DNA from: Clostridiales bacterium
GTDB taxonomy: Bacteria > Bacillota > Clostridia > Oscillospirales > CAG-272
Assembly (NCBI GenBank): GCA_016281775.1
Contig: JAEEJH010000079.1
Span: forward strand, 1,636-65,635
Direction: 5' to 3'
DNA: 64,000 bases
Part shown: positions 1 through 8,563 of the stretch, one piece after another
Numbering within the stretch: the stretch's first letter is position 1
How the letters are laid out: every line of letters starts with the position of its first letter
The notes under the pieces: model-generated
Database searches by the model: none
What the model saw: the letters and a program-made list of their open reading frames with translations, nothing else
Told to the model about the DNA's origin: nothing
Made by a program: the position numbers and the translations under genes

Positions 1-799
1 CACGCGCTTTTTCGAGGTCGTGCCCGACCTCTTTCAGCGCTTTGGTCATGTACTTGTGCACGTATTTCGAAATGGCGTCGCCTGCGTCGCCGCCTTTCGG
101 GTTCGTGATCCGGATCGCCGTGGTGAAGCCGTACGGAAAATCGTTAATGTTGTAAACGGTTTTGCCGTTTCTCTTGTGTCCGGAGTTCACCAGGTTCAGA
201 CCGTTTTCGTTCATGACGCCGTGAAAGTGGATCCCGACGTTTCCCTGGATCCGGAAGTCATCGCCCTGGTATCTCTCTCTCGCTTTGTTGATATTGTGGT
301 ACTCCGGCACGAGGATATACGCCAGGTGATCACGTCTGACGCGGTTATCGAGCCAGACGGAGAGCTTTTTTATGATCTCGTCGTAGTTCGTGCGGCTGAT
401 CTCCTGCTCGTTCAGTGTGAGCGTGACGAAAAGATTCAGTTGTCGGTTACACTGTATTTTGTCGTACAGTCTCCGGTGAGCCGTCTTGTAATTCCGGATC
501 ATCGCGTTTATCGCTTCGTCGACGTCAGAGCTGCTCTCGTCTTTGACGTCTTCCAGGTGTATGCCCATGTTGTCGCCGTACATCGTCTCGATGAGCTCGA
601 GCACCGGCGCGGGTGTTCCGACCGGCAGCGTTTTCCGGAAGCCGTCAAAGATCGCTTTGCTCGCGACGATGATCTGATACGGACGGAGTGATCCGTCCGG
701 CTGCGGGTAGTATTTAATCCGGACGTTGTAATCGGTGCGGCTACGCCGCGGTGCGCCGTTCGGCGCGGTTGACCTCTTCGAGGTCGGCTGAATAGACAC
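1..799 (-). CDS. Rolling-circle replication initiator (HUH endonuclease, superfamily I, two-tyrosine type). The C-terminus runs off the window at position 1 and the start is uncertain.
   Basis: This is my own reverse-strand translation; it is absent from the ORF track because no stop lies in the window. Motif 1 is NLFVTLTLNEQ (FVTLTL at 413-430). Motif 2 is GNVGIHFHGVMNE (HFH at 221-229). Motif 3 is AISKYVHKYMTKAL (YVHKY at 50-64). The frame stays open up to the stop at 824-826. The only canonical starts are GTG 797-799, GTG 602-604 and ATG 581-583, and none has a good Shine-Dalgarno sequence. The listed + ORF 20..691 is its antisense shadow. Confidence 0.65.
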   Translation of the reverse strand, partial: MSIQPTSKRSTAPNGAPRRSRTDYNVRIKYYPQPDGSLRPYQIIVASKAIFDGFRKTLPVGTPAPVLELIETMYGDNMGIHLEDVKDESSSDVDEAINAMIRNYKTAHRRLYDKIQCNRQLNLFVTLTLNEQEISRTNYDEIIKKLSVWLDNRVRRDHLAYILVPEYHNINKARERYQGDDFRIQGNVGIHFHGVMNENGLNLVNSGHKRNGKTVYNINDFPYGFTTAIRITNPKGGDAGDAISKYVHKYMTKALKEVGHDLEKAR

Positions 800-849
800 G
801 GTGCATGACGGAATGATGTGCCATTAATCGAGTAGTTTTCGAGAGTGCT

Positions 850-1075
850 AATCCGTAGTAAATGTAAGTCGCACGCGCGAGGCGTGCTCCGGAATCGGTA
901 GCGGCTGACGCCGCTTCCTGGAAGCCGGCAATTAGCCGGCTATCGCTCACTCCGTTCGCTCCGGTTCGGCGGCATACGTTCGCAAATTACGAACCGCGCC
1001 GCTCCAACCATCCCCGCTACGCCTACGGTTGAAGCGGCTTCGTTTGTGCCGCTACCCGCACGGTGACGCGTAACT
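850..1075. other. GC-rich noncoding block of consecutive hairpins and repeated GCCGCT-N-CC motifs, upstream of the rep gene. Candidate replication origin or intergenic region, or the end of the element.
   Basis: Hairpins read directly: GCACGC-gcgag-GCGTGC (871-887); AGCGGC-tgac-GCCGCT (900-915); AGCCGGC-aatta-GCCGGCT (923-941); CGGTTCG...CGAACCG (962-996), with a second GTTCG copy at 978-982; AGCGGC-9nt-GCCGCT (1033-1053). GCCGCT-N-CC occurs at 910-918, 998-1006 and 1048-1056. The two minus-strand ORFs listed here (741..950, 940..1182) have no RBS and an implausible composition. Confidence 0.4.
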
Positions 1076-1188
1076 CCAAATACTCGAGCGCTTTTTGCGG
1101 TAAAGTCTTTTTGTACAAAACGCCGGTATTTTGTATAATAATGCGTATTATTCCCTGCAGAGCCGGCGAGGCTTAAAAACAAGCCGGC

Positions 1189-3039
1189 TTAGTTCTCACC
1201 GATCACTATAAGGTAATCATCTTTATTCAACGTCACCTGTTCGTCAAGTGTGCGATCGAAATATACGTAATCGGAACCGCTCATCGCGCCAAGCAGAACG
1301 TGTCCGTTACTCAGCATCTTTCTGCGAAGTTCTCTGACCGTATACGTTCCCTCGGTCTGCATCGCGCCTGCGTTTTTCAGATACAGCTCGTTGCCTTTGT
1401 TTGACAGGATCTCGCGGAATACGTCTATCAACTCGGGGTTCTCGGCAAGCTGCGCCAGTATAAGCGACGACATACTTGACGTTACGAGAAAATCCGTTCT
1501 GTCGCCCATACCTACGAGATTCTGGTTCTGCTCTTTTTGCATTTCTACCGTTATGTTAAACCGCAGGCCGAACCTCGTTCTTATATCCCTGAGATTCAAA
1601 AGCATGAATATCACGTCCGTGTCGGCTTCGTCTGCATCTTTTTCGTGATCGTTCAGTACTACGATATGCCGCGAAGTTTTCGCCGCTTCGATCAATACGC
1701 TTTCCTGCCGCGGATCGTCTTGATTATAATTGATTTTCATGCATCTGTGTGCTGCGGCGTTTTGCAGTTCTTCCTGTTCTTCTGTTGTGATATCGGGACT
1801 GAAGATGAACACTTCCGACACGTTTTCAGGCAATTCCTGCAGTATCACCGGCAGAGTTTCGTTATGCCCTATAATGACCGCGTCTGTCTTATCAGCCGCT
1901 GTCCAGACGGTTTTTTCTTCTGTATTCGCCAATGCCGTGCCGCTTTCTTCAATCAAAGGCGGAGCGCATTCTTCGGAATATACAAGTATTCTGTCCGTCT
2001 CGGCGAGCTTATAATCGGGGCTCGGATTCAATACGGTCTTTCCTTCACGATATACGCCTACGGGTATCGCGTTGTTCAGCCTTACCGACAGCTCTTCAAA
2101 AGTCAATCCTTCGATACCGCATAGATCCTCCAGATAAAACTCCGACCCTTCAAAATTGAATACTTCCCTGAACAATTCGGACAGACCCGTCTGAGTGCAG
2201 GAATGGGCTATCATTTTTGCAAGTATACTGCTTGTCTGTAAAGTCGTTATATTGTTCGCCGCGGCGATCGACGCGGGAAATCTGTACTCGTTTTTGGATA
2301 TTATCGCGTTTACGCTTATCTCGGGAACGCCTTTTTTCTGCAAAAGCGACGAGACGGCGAGTATGGCTTTGATCGTCTTAAGATCGTCAGTAGGTGCGAC
2401 GATCACGGTTTTGCAAGTCTCAACCGAACATTTTTCAATAGACGCCGGATCTGTTATATCGACCGTTCTGCATACTATCCTTACGTTTTTCGGTATATCG
2501 AGGTTCTCCAGGATATTCTGCTCCATCTCCTGCCTTTCCATATCCTCAGCGATAACTATGCACGCGGGATTCTCCGCGGCGGCGAGAATGAGTTGATTCA
2601 AGAGAGTGTATTCACCCGGATAAAAACCGAGTACGACGATATGGTCTTTTTCAAGAACTAAAGAATTACCTCTTTTCAGATTATCGATCTTCTCTTCTAT
2701 CGCGCTCGTGATTATACCGATAAGAACGCTCGTGAACAAAACGCCGGATATTGCGGTTATCGCCATAATGATAACGTATCCGGGGCTTCCGTCCTCAAAC
2801 GAAGGCATCCATGCGTTGATAACGGTGGCTATACTGTCCCAGAATACCGACGCGACCTCTCCCTCTTCATTGAATCCGAGAAGGATTATAAGCGCCGCCA
2901 TGGTGACCGCCAAGATGACGGAAACGACGATCAGCGCGCGTATAAGACCGAGCGATCCTTTTGTCATCCGGTTGTCAAACCAGTATTGAAACCGTTCTTT
3001 CAGCGTGAATCTTCTTTGTCTGTCGGTTTCTTTTTTCAT
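1189..3039 (-). CDS. Membrane protein with two RCK/TrkA-N-like cytoplasmic modules (CASTOR/POLLUX-type putative ion channel)
   Basis: 616 aa. N-terminal TM helices are LIRALIVVSVILAVTMAALIILLGF and GYVIIMAITAISGVLFTSVLIGIITSAI. Two Rossmann-like modules follow (HIVVLGFYPGEY..., DAVIIGHNETLPVIL...). There is no canonical TVGYG selectivity filter. Confidence 0.55.
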   Translation of the reverse strand: MKKETDRQRRFTLKERFQYWFDNRMTKGSLGLIRALIVVSVILAVTMAALIILLGFNEEGEVASVFWDSIATVINAWMPSFEDGSPGYVIIMAITAISGVLFTSVLIGIITSAIEEKIDNLKRGNSLVLEKDHIVVLGFYPGEYTLLNQLILAAAENPACIVIAEDMERQEMEQNILENLDIPKNVRIVCRTVDITDPASIEKCSVETCKTVIVAPTDDLKTIKAILAVSSLLQKKGVPEISVNAIISKNEYRFPASIAAANNITTLQTSSILAKMIAHSCTQTGLSELFREVFNFEGSEFYLEDLCGIEGLTFEELSVRLNNAIPVGVYREGKTVLNPSPDYKLAETDRILVYSEECAPPLIEESGTALANTEEKTVWTAADKTDAVIIGHNETLPVILQELPENVSEVFIFSPDITTEEQEELQNAAAHRCMKINYNQDDPRQESVLIEAAKTSRHIVVLNDHEKDADEADTDVIFMLLNLRDIRTRFGLRFNITVEMQKEQNQNLVGMGDRTDFLVTSSMSSLILAQLAENPELIDVFREILSNKGNELYLKNAGAMQTEGTYTVRELRRKMLSNGHVLLGAMSGSDYVYFDRTLDEQVTLNKDDYLIVIGEN

Positions 3040-3070
3040 ATCAAGAACCTCTTCTCTTTTTATATTCCGT

Positions 3071-3856
3071 TTATTGATTAACAGTTATTGCCAGTGTATT
3101 TGCGGCGTCTCTGCCGAGTTTTTGTAAGCCGAGCGCGCTGAAATGTCCTCCGACGAACGGATTCATATATACGGGCTCACTGTTCATCTCCGAAGCTTCT
3201 TCGGTAAGCATAAGAAATAACCCGTCTTCTTTACAGACTCTGCTCTGCGCTTCGATGATCGCGTCGTCGCGCAGATCGTTCGTGAATCTGCCTACGCGAA
3301 TAATACAGAATCTTTGCAGACCTATATCGATTTGCAGCGCGTGAGCGATCTCTTTGATCTGTCTGATATAGGTATCTGTATCTTTGCCGATTATCGCGTC
3401 GCTTTCGCCCTGCAGCCAGATCAGATATACGCGGTCCGAGAAGTCTGTTGTTTTTCTGATCGCAGCTTTCGTCTTTTTTACAGTAGCAGTATACCACGCG
3501 CCGCCGGGCATGAAATATTCGAGTTCCGCCGCGCCTTTAGCCGCGCCTACGGCGGTCACTTCCCGCTTTGTCGCTTTTATATATGTGCGGCAGAATTCAG
3601 GAATAAGTGTCGTGTTGCCGTATGCAGAACCGCCGAAAACGTGCTTTTCATGCCAGGTCATACCCATATAATCTTCATACGCTTCGCCCGCTGTTCCGTC
3701 GAAGTGCAGATTCTCGCCGAACGGATCGCACAGCGGCAACAGACTGTCGGTCGCATATTTGTATTCATATGCGCCGCTGACCGCGGAACCGTCCGCAAGC
3801 CTTTCCGTCTGACCCTCCATATTGCTCTGACCGGCGAATATTATAATATCTTTCAT
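3071..3856 (-). CDS. SASA/DUF303-family carbohydrate (sialate-type) O-acetylesterase
   Basis: 261 aa. It has the N-terminal IIFAGQSNMEG block and the later IWLQGESD block typical of the SASA family. It overlaps the upstream ADH stop by 4 nt. Confidence 0.7.
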   Translation of the reverse strand: MKDIIIFAGQSNMEGQTERLADGSAVSGAYEYKYATDSLLPLCDPFGENLHFDGTAGEAYEDYMGMTWHEKHVFGGSAYGNTTLIPEFCRTYIKATKREVTAVGAAKGAAELEYFMPGGAWYTATVKKTKAAIRKTTDFSDRVYLIWLQGESDAIIGKDTDTYIRQIKEIAHALQIDIGLQRFCIIRVGRFTNDLRDDAIIEAQSRVCKEDGLFLMLTEEASEMNSEPVYMNPFVGGHFSALGLQKLGRDAANTLAITVNQ

Positions 3857-4947
3857 TTTATCAATAAGGTTTTTATGTTTTTACCCGCTTTTGCGTCTTC
3901 AAAGGCTTTGTTAACGTCCGATATGTGATAAAACGTGCCGAGTTTCAATACGGTATCCGTCAGTTCCGGACGTTCTTTCATAAATTCAAGATACGCTCTC
4001 ACGTCGCAGAAAGAATACTGTGAAGAGCCGATTATATGCAGCGCCTTGAAAGTGATTATCTCCGGACGAACGGAGACCGCTCCGCTGTCGCTGTATTGAC
4101 CGGGGATCAGATATACGCCGCGGTTGCGCAGTATTTCCAAACCTACCGGCACGGCGGCGGGCGCTCCGGAAGCTTCGATGCACAGATCGACGCCGAGACC
4201 GCTGTTTTCAGCCTGTAAAGCGTTTATGATCGAATCGGTACCGTCTTTTTCTATGCTGAATACCTTGTCTGCACCGAGTTTTTCAGCAAGCTCTTCTCTG
4301 TTTTTATTATCTCTTGCGGTGATAACGTAAACTTTTTTCGCTTTTACGGCCTTAAGATACGTAACTGCGAACAGACCTACCGGACCGAGCCCCTGTACTA
4401 CGGCGACCGTGTTTTCATCAATATCGACTCCGGCACGTTTTGCGAGGCTGATCGAATGAAAAACCGTGGGACCGGGGCACGCGAAGACAGCGACAGCTCT
4501 CGGATCGAGTCCGTCGGGTATTTTGATCAGGTTAGTCAGCGGCGTATAGTTGATCTCTGCGTAACCGCCGTAAAGATAAGGGGGCTTGTCTATGCTCACT
4601 CCGCTCGTCTCTTTCATATTTACGCAGTTTGCGTCGTCGCCGTTTTTGCACAGTAAGCACTCGCCGCAAGGTGTCGCGATATCCGCTATGACGTTATCGC
4701 CTTTTTTCAGACCGTACTTCTCCGCTTCGCTTTCGTCACAGCCGACAAGTCTTCCGACGAATTCATGTCCGATCACTGTCGGCCCCTCGACCGGAAGTTT
4801 GCCGCGGTGGATGTGTATGTCCGTACCGCAGACGCCGCTTGCTATCAGCTCGCTTTTGCCGTAACCGGACGGCGTTTCGGCAACGGGAAATTCCCTTACT
4901 TCAAACGGTTTTTCAGCTCCGACAAATACTGCTGCTTTTGCTTTCAT
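3853..4947 (-). CDS. Zinc-dependent medium-chain alcohol/polyol dehydrogenase
   Basis: 364 aa. It carries the GVCGTDIH catalytic Zn signature, the CGECLLCKNGDDANC structural Zn cysteine cluster, and the VQGLGPVG Rossmann motif. Confidence 0.85.
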   Translation of the reverse strand: MKAKAAVFVGAEKPFEVREFPVAETPSGYGKSELIASGVCGTDIHIHRGKLPVEGPTVIGHEFVGRLVGCDESEAEKYGLKKGDNVIADIATPCGECLLCKNGDDANCVNMKETSGVSIDKPPYLYGGYAEINYTPLTNLIKIPDGLDPRAVAVFACPGPTVFHSISLAKRAGVDIDENTVAVVQGLGPVGLFAVTYLKAVKAKKVYVITARDNKNREELAEKLGADKVFSIEKDGTDSIINALQAENSGLGVDLCIEASGAPAAVPVGLEILRNRGVYLIPGQYSDSGAVSVRPEIITFKALHIIGSSQYSFCDVRAYLEFMKERPELTDTVLKLGTFYHISDVNKAFEDAKAGKNIKTLLIK

Positions 4948-4956
4948 AACAGACTC

Positions 4957-5724
4957 CTATTCTATATAAGTTATAAAATATTTATTATATATTTCCTTTA
5001 TTGATTCTATTTCGGATGCGCTTTGTATCGGTACGTTTCTGTAAGCGTATTCGATCCCGAGCGCGTCGTATTTTGCGCTTCCGAGGCGGTGATACGGCAA
5101 AAGACCGACGCGTTTTACTCCCAGATCAAGCAGATCCGTACAGATACGTTCACATTCGCTCACGGCTGTGTTTATGCCCGGTATAAGCGGTATCCTCACG
5201 TGTACCGTCCTGCCTGACGATATGAGCCTTTTAAGATTGCAGCGCACAATATCTATGTCGCCGTTTATAATGCTGCTGTATATATTGCGGTCGGCAGACT
5301 TATAATCAAAGTAGAATATATCCGTTTGATCAATTACCGATTCAAAATACCGCCACGGCACGCAGCCGGCGGTATCTATCAGAGAAGTTACTCCGTTATC
5401 GTTAAGCATACGGCACAGTTCGCCTAGCGCCTCCGCTTGAAGCATCGGCTCACCGCCCGAGAAAGTCACACCGCCGCCGCTCGCTCTGTAATACTCGACG
5501 TCTTCAAGCACGTCCGCAAGCACTTCTTCCGTACTCATGATTTTTCCGCAAGTCACTTTTTTGCCGGTATTATAAGCAAGCGTCTGAGGCTGTGAAGAAA
5601 TGTTTTCGGGGTTATGACACCACGGGCAGCGCAGATTACAGCCTTTTAAGAAGACGGTCGTTCTTATGCCCGGTCCGTCGCCGGTCGAAAATCTCTGTAT
5701 GCTCGATACGTTCAGTTCTTTCAT
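4957..5724 (-). CDS. Glycyl-radical enzyme activating protein (radical SAM)
   Basis: 255 aa. It has GDGPGIRTTVFLKGCNLRCPWCHNPE (CxxxCxxC) near the N-terminus. It overlaps the upstream GRE stop by 4 nt. Confidence 0.9.
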   Translation of the reverse strand: MKELNVSSIQRFSTGDGPGIRTTVFLKGCNLRCPWCHNPENISSQPQTLAYNTGKKVTCGKIMSTEEVLADVLEDVEYYRASGGGVTFSGGEPMLQAEALGELCRMLNDNGVTSLIDTAGCVPWRYFESVIDQTDIFYFDYKSADRNIYSSIINGDIDIVRCNLKRLISSGRTVHVRIPLIPGINTAVSECERICTDLLDLGVKRVGLLPYHRLGSAKYDALGIEYAYRNVPIQSASEIESIKEIYNKYFITYIE

Positions 5725-7823
5725 ACCGTTTCGTGCTGAGTTCTGCTGAGTATGTCTTCCTGTACTTCTCTGCCGAGCGTTACGAATATCGCCGAGAAGC
5801 CCGAAACGCGCACGACGAGCGTCGGATAGTTCTCAGGGTGCTCCATAGCGTCGATCAGCGTTTCTCTCGACGTTGAATTTATCTGTATCTCCTGCCCGCC
5901 GCGACTGAAATAGACGCGTATCAGCTGAAGTAGTTTTTCGCGCTTGCCGTCTTTAAATGCCGCAGGCGTGAATTTCTGATTGACGACCGTACCGCACGCA
6001 CAGCGCGTATAATCGGGCTTGGAGAGGCTCAGAAGCGTCGACGTTACGCCTCGAGTATCGCATCCGTACGTAGGCGACGCCGCGTCTGATAACGGCTTGC
6101 CGGCGAGTCTTCCGTCAGGAGTAGCCGCAAGGTCTCTGCCCGCGTGTATATTCGATACATTAGCCGCCATGGCGGTGTAGACGGCGCCGCCGTCATACGT
6201 AGTATAGTTATCGAACATATCGTTAAGCGTCTTTGTATACCATACCGCGTATTTGTCGGCGTATTCACTGTTGTTGCCGTATTTGGGCGCCGATCTGCAG
6301 AGTTCGCGCAATTCTTCATATCCGGCGAAATCTGCTTTCAAGGCTTCTGCTATTTCGGAAAGTTTTGCTTTCTTTGTTTCATAGACGGTTTTTTCGATAG
6401 CCGCAAGCGAGTCGCTTACCGTACCGATGCCCATAAGAGCCGCACCGTGCACCGAAGGATATTTGCTGCCGCCCATGTTTATGTCGAGACCCCGTTCGAT
6501 ACAGAAGTCGCAGAAACACGACAGAAACGGCGACGTCATATTCTCCGGATCCTCCACGTACGCGTTCGCTCTCATTCTCTGTATATACTCTTCGACGCCT
6601 ATGGCGAGTTGAGCTTCGTATATGCTCATGAACTCGTCCATATCGGTTATGTTATCCAGCGCTTCCGCGTCGTATTTCAAAAGTATATCTTCAAGATAAC
6701 AGATCGGATCGAATCTGTTGTCTGACCACGGCGGCTGCATACCTGTTATGAAATTTTCGATACAGCCGACCATGCAGTAATTACGCACGTCTCTTATATC
6801 ATAGCCTTTGCGTGATAACGCTGTGATATTGACAGGATCGTTCATAAGCGCGGGATAACCGAGACCGGTGCCTATGACTTTGAGGCATTCATCGAGAAAT
6901 TCATCCGGGCAGTCGGGCGTTATACGCGCGGAGAGGTTCGGCCCCGGCAGATTTACGTCGCGCACGGCGTGAAGCACACAGTAACTCAGTCCGTTTACGG
7001 AACAGTTCCCTTCTTCATCAACGCCGCCGATACATATATTAACTACGTCGTCGCCGCCCGAGAATCTGCGTTCGCATATCTTCAAAAAAGCGTTTGCAAG
7101 CAGTTCTGTCGCATACTCGTCTGTAAGCGAGCCGTTTTCGATATCCTGTTTATAAAGTGGATACAAGAACATGTCGATGCGCCCTATCGCCATCGCGTAT
7201 CTGCCTTCGGAGACAAAGCAGTTGTGGATCATCCATACGAGCTGAAGCCCCTCCATAAAAGTCTTAGGAGCGTGTTTAGTCAAAGCAATGCAGTTGTCAG
7301 CAATAAGTGTAAGACGTTTTTCATCATATCCCGGCGTGCCGATAAGCGCTTTAGCGGCTTCGGCGTAAGCAGTCAGCTTATCGCACAGAGCGATAAGCGT
7401 TTTTTTCATACTGTCAAGAAATGCGATCTTTTCGGCGTCGTCTTTATGAGCTTCTTTAGATTTTTCGATTTTCCCGATAAGTCCCGGTATACCGATATTC
7501 ACGGCTGTGAAATAATCAGGCGCGAAATGATCTACTCCCTGCCAGAAATTGCGCTCAGGATATTTTGCCATATATTGCGAAACAAGTTCCGCATCCTCCT
7601 GCGTCGGCGCAACGTAATAAGGCCTTATACTGCCGACGATCAGATCGTTTTTGTAAATATAAGGTTTCGGTTGAGTGAACACGGCGGCGATCCCGTCGGC
7701 GCGTATATCCGGCAGGCATTCCGACCGGGACGCTTCATACCCGCGGCATTTGAACAGATGCGGACAGAATACGCCCTGCGGCGCATTTTTCATTTCTTCT
7801 TTAAGACCGTTCAGAATACTCAT
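5721..7823 (-). CDS. Glycyl radical enzyme, PFL2/dehydratase-like, unusually short (700 aa)
   Basis: The C-terminal glycyl radical motif is LVVRVSGFSAIFV (Gly675 codon at 5799-5801). The Cys loop is NYCMVGCIENF, with Cys354 (codon 6762-6764) followed by Glu356. That is the GCxE pattern seen in GRE eliminases/dehydratases. Confidence 0.85.
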   Translation of the reverse strand: MSILNGLKEEMKNAPQGVFCPHLFKCRGYEASRSECLPDIRADGIAAVFTQPKPYIYKNDLIVGSIRPYYVAPTQEDAELVSQYMAKYPERNFWQGVDHFAPDYFTAVNIGIPGLIGKIEKSKEAHKDDAEKIAFLDSMKKTLIALCDKLTAYAEAAKALIGTPGYDEKRLTLIADNCIALTKHAPKTFMEGLQLVWMIHNCFVSEGRYAMAIGRIDMFLYPLYKQDIENGSLTDEYATELLANAFLKICERRFSGGDDVVNICIGGVDEEGNCSVNGLSYCVLHAVRDVNLPGPNLSARITPDCPDEFLDECLKVIGTGLGYPALMNDPVNITALSRKGYDIRDVRNYCMVGCIENFITGMQPPWSDNRFDPICYLEDILLKYDAEALDNITDMDEFMSIYEAQLAIGVEEYIQRMRANAYVEDPENMTSPFLSCFCDFCIERGLDINMGGSKYPSVHGAALMGIGTVSDSLAAIEKTVYETKKAKLSEIAEALKADFAGYEELRELCRSAPKYGNNSEYADKYAVWYTKTLNDMFDNYTTYDGGAVYTAMAANVSNIHAGRDLAATPDGRLAGKPLSDAASPTYGCDTRGVTSTLLSLSKPDYTRCACGTVVNQKFTPAAFKDGKREKLLQLIRVYFSRGGQEIQINSTSRETLIDAMEHPENYPTLVVRVSGFSAIFVTLGREVQEDILSRTQHETV

Positions 7824-7834
7824 AATGACCTCCT

Positions 7835-8545
7835 TTATGATTCTTCAATGGACGTGAATCGCCATGACATTATCGTATCTCTTATGATCCCCGATCCGCA
7901 GTACGGGCAGACTGTCTGCGCGGTCGAGTCAAAAGCACCGCCGCATTGCGGGCAGATCAGCGTCTTCTGTTCTATATCGTTTTCGCGCAGTTTCAGCGTA
8001 TACTGTACCGCGTAACGCTCTTCGAAAGGCTTGCCGTCGAGCGAATACCCGACCGACGCCTGATACGTAATAGTCGCGTATTCTTTCGTTTTTTCATATT
8101 TGGATATCGCTACCGCGTGTACCTTTTCTCCGGTCACGTTTCCTTTAGCTTTGGCGGTGTCAGCCATCCGTTCAAGACCCGGTTCGGTAACACTGTCCGT
8201 AAAGCTCTCTTTACCTTCGTATTTTATCGACAGATATTCGAATATCAGTCTTTTTACGGCGCTCACAGCGTCACTTTCGTGAAAATCGGGAAAGTCCTTC
8301 AGTATCTGCGGCAGATATATAGAGGTCGCTCCGAAGACCGTTCTCGGCTCGGGGTTGAATTCCGCTTCTTTCGCGCTCTGTATCGCGTATTTGAGATCGC
8401 TCATTTTAAGCCCACCGAAAAGCGAATCAGCGCTCGATCTCACCTTTCGTTTGATTCTGCCGATAATAAACGATATAACGGCAATACCGACGATTATCCA
8501 TATAATCCACATATTTCTGCCGATGAACGAGATTATCTCTGCCAT
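7835..8545 (-). CDS. Hypothetical membrane-anchored protein with a C-terminal zinc ribbon
   Basis: 236 aa. It has one N-terminal TM helix (MWIIWIIVGIAVISFIIG) and a C-terminal CPQCGG...CPYCGS. Its stop is 11 nt from the GRE start, and 18 nt separate it from the upstream gene. Confidence 0.5.
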   Translation of the reverse strand: MAEIISFIGRNMWIIWIIVGIAVISFIIGRIKRKVRSSADSLFGGLKMSDLKYAIQSAKEAEFNPEPRTVFGATSIYLPQILKDFPDFHESDAVSAVKRLIFEYLSIKYEGKESFTDSVTEPGLERMADTAKAKGNVTGEKVHAVAISKYEKTKEYATITYQASVGYSLDGKPFEERYAVQYTLKLRENDIEQKTLICPQCGGAFDSTAQTVCPYCGSGIIRDTIMSWRFTSIEES

Positions 8546-8563
8546 ATACGCGGCTCCTTTTCA

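Noticed and set aside
20-691. 223-aa plus-strand ORF at the left edge
   Set aside because: It lies in the same codon phase, antisense to the Rep frame, which carries three ordered HUH motifs. The plus-strand product is V/R/D-rich with no recognisable motif.
850-1075. Possibility that the GC-rich block is a known housekeeping RNA (SRP RNA, RNase P RNA, tmRNA) or a tRNA
   Set aside because: I found no GGAAGCAGCC-type SRP domain IV motif and no GAGGAAAGUCC RNase P motif. There is also no tmRNA tag-ORF or tRNA-like 3' end, and no cloverleaf with a GTTCRANYC T-loop on either strand.
741-1182. Two small minus-strand ORFs (69 and 80 aa) in the GC-rich block
   Set aside because: They have no Shine-Dalgarno sequence and an Ala/Arg/Gly/Ser-rich composition typical of random GC-rich DNA. 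The reading frames run straight through consecutive perfect hairpins. I treat the region as noncoding.
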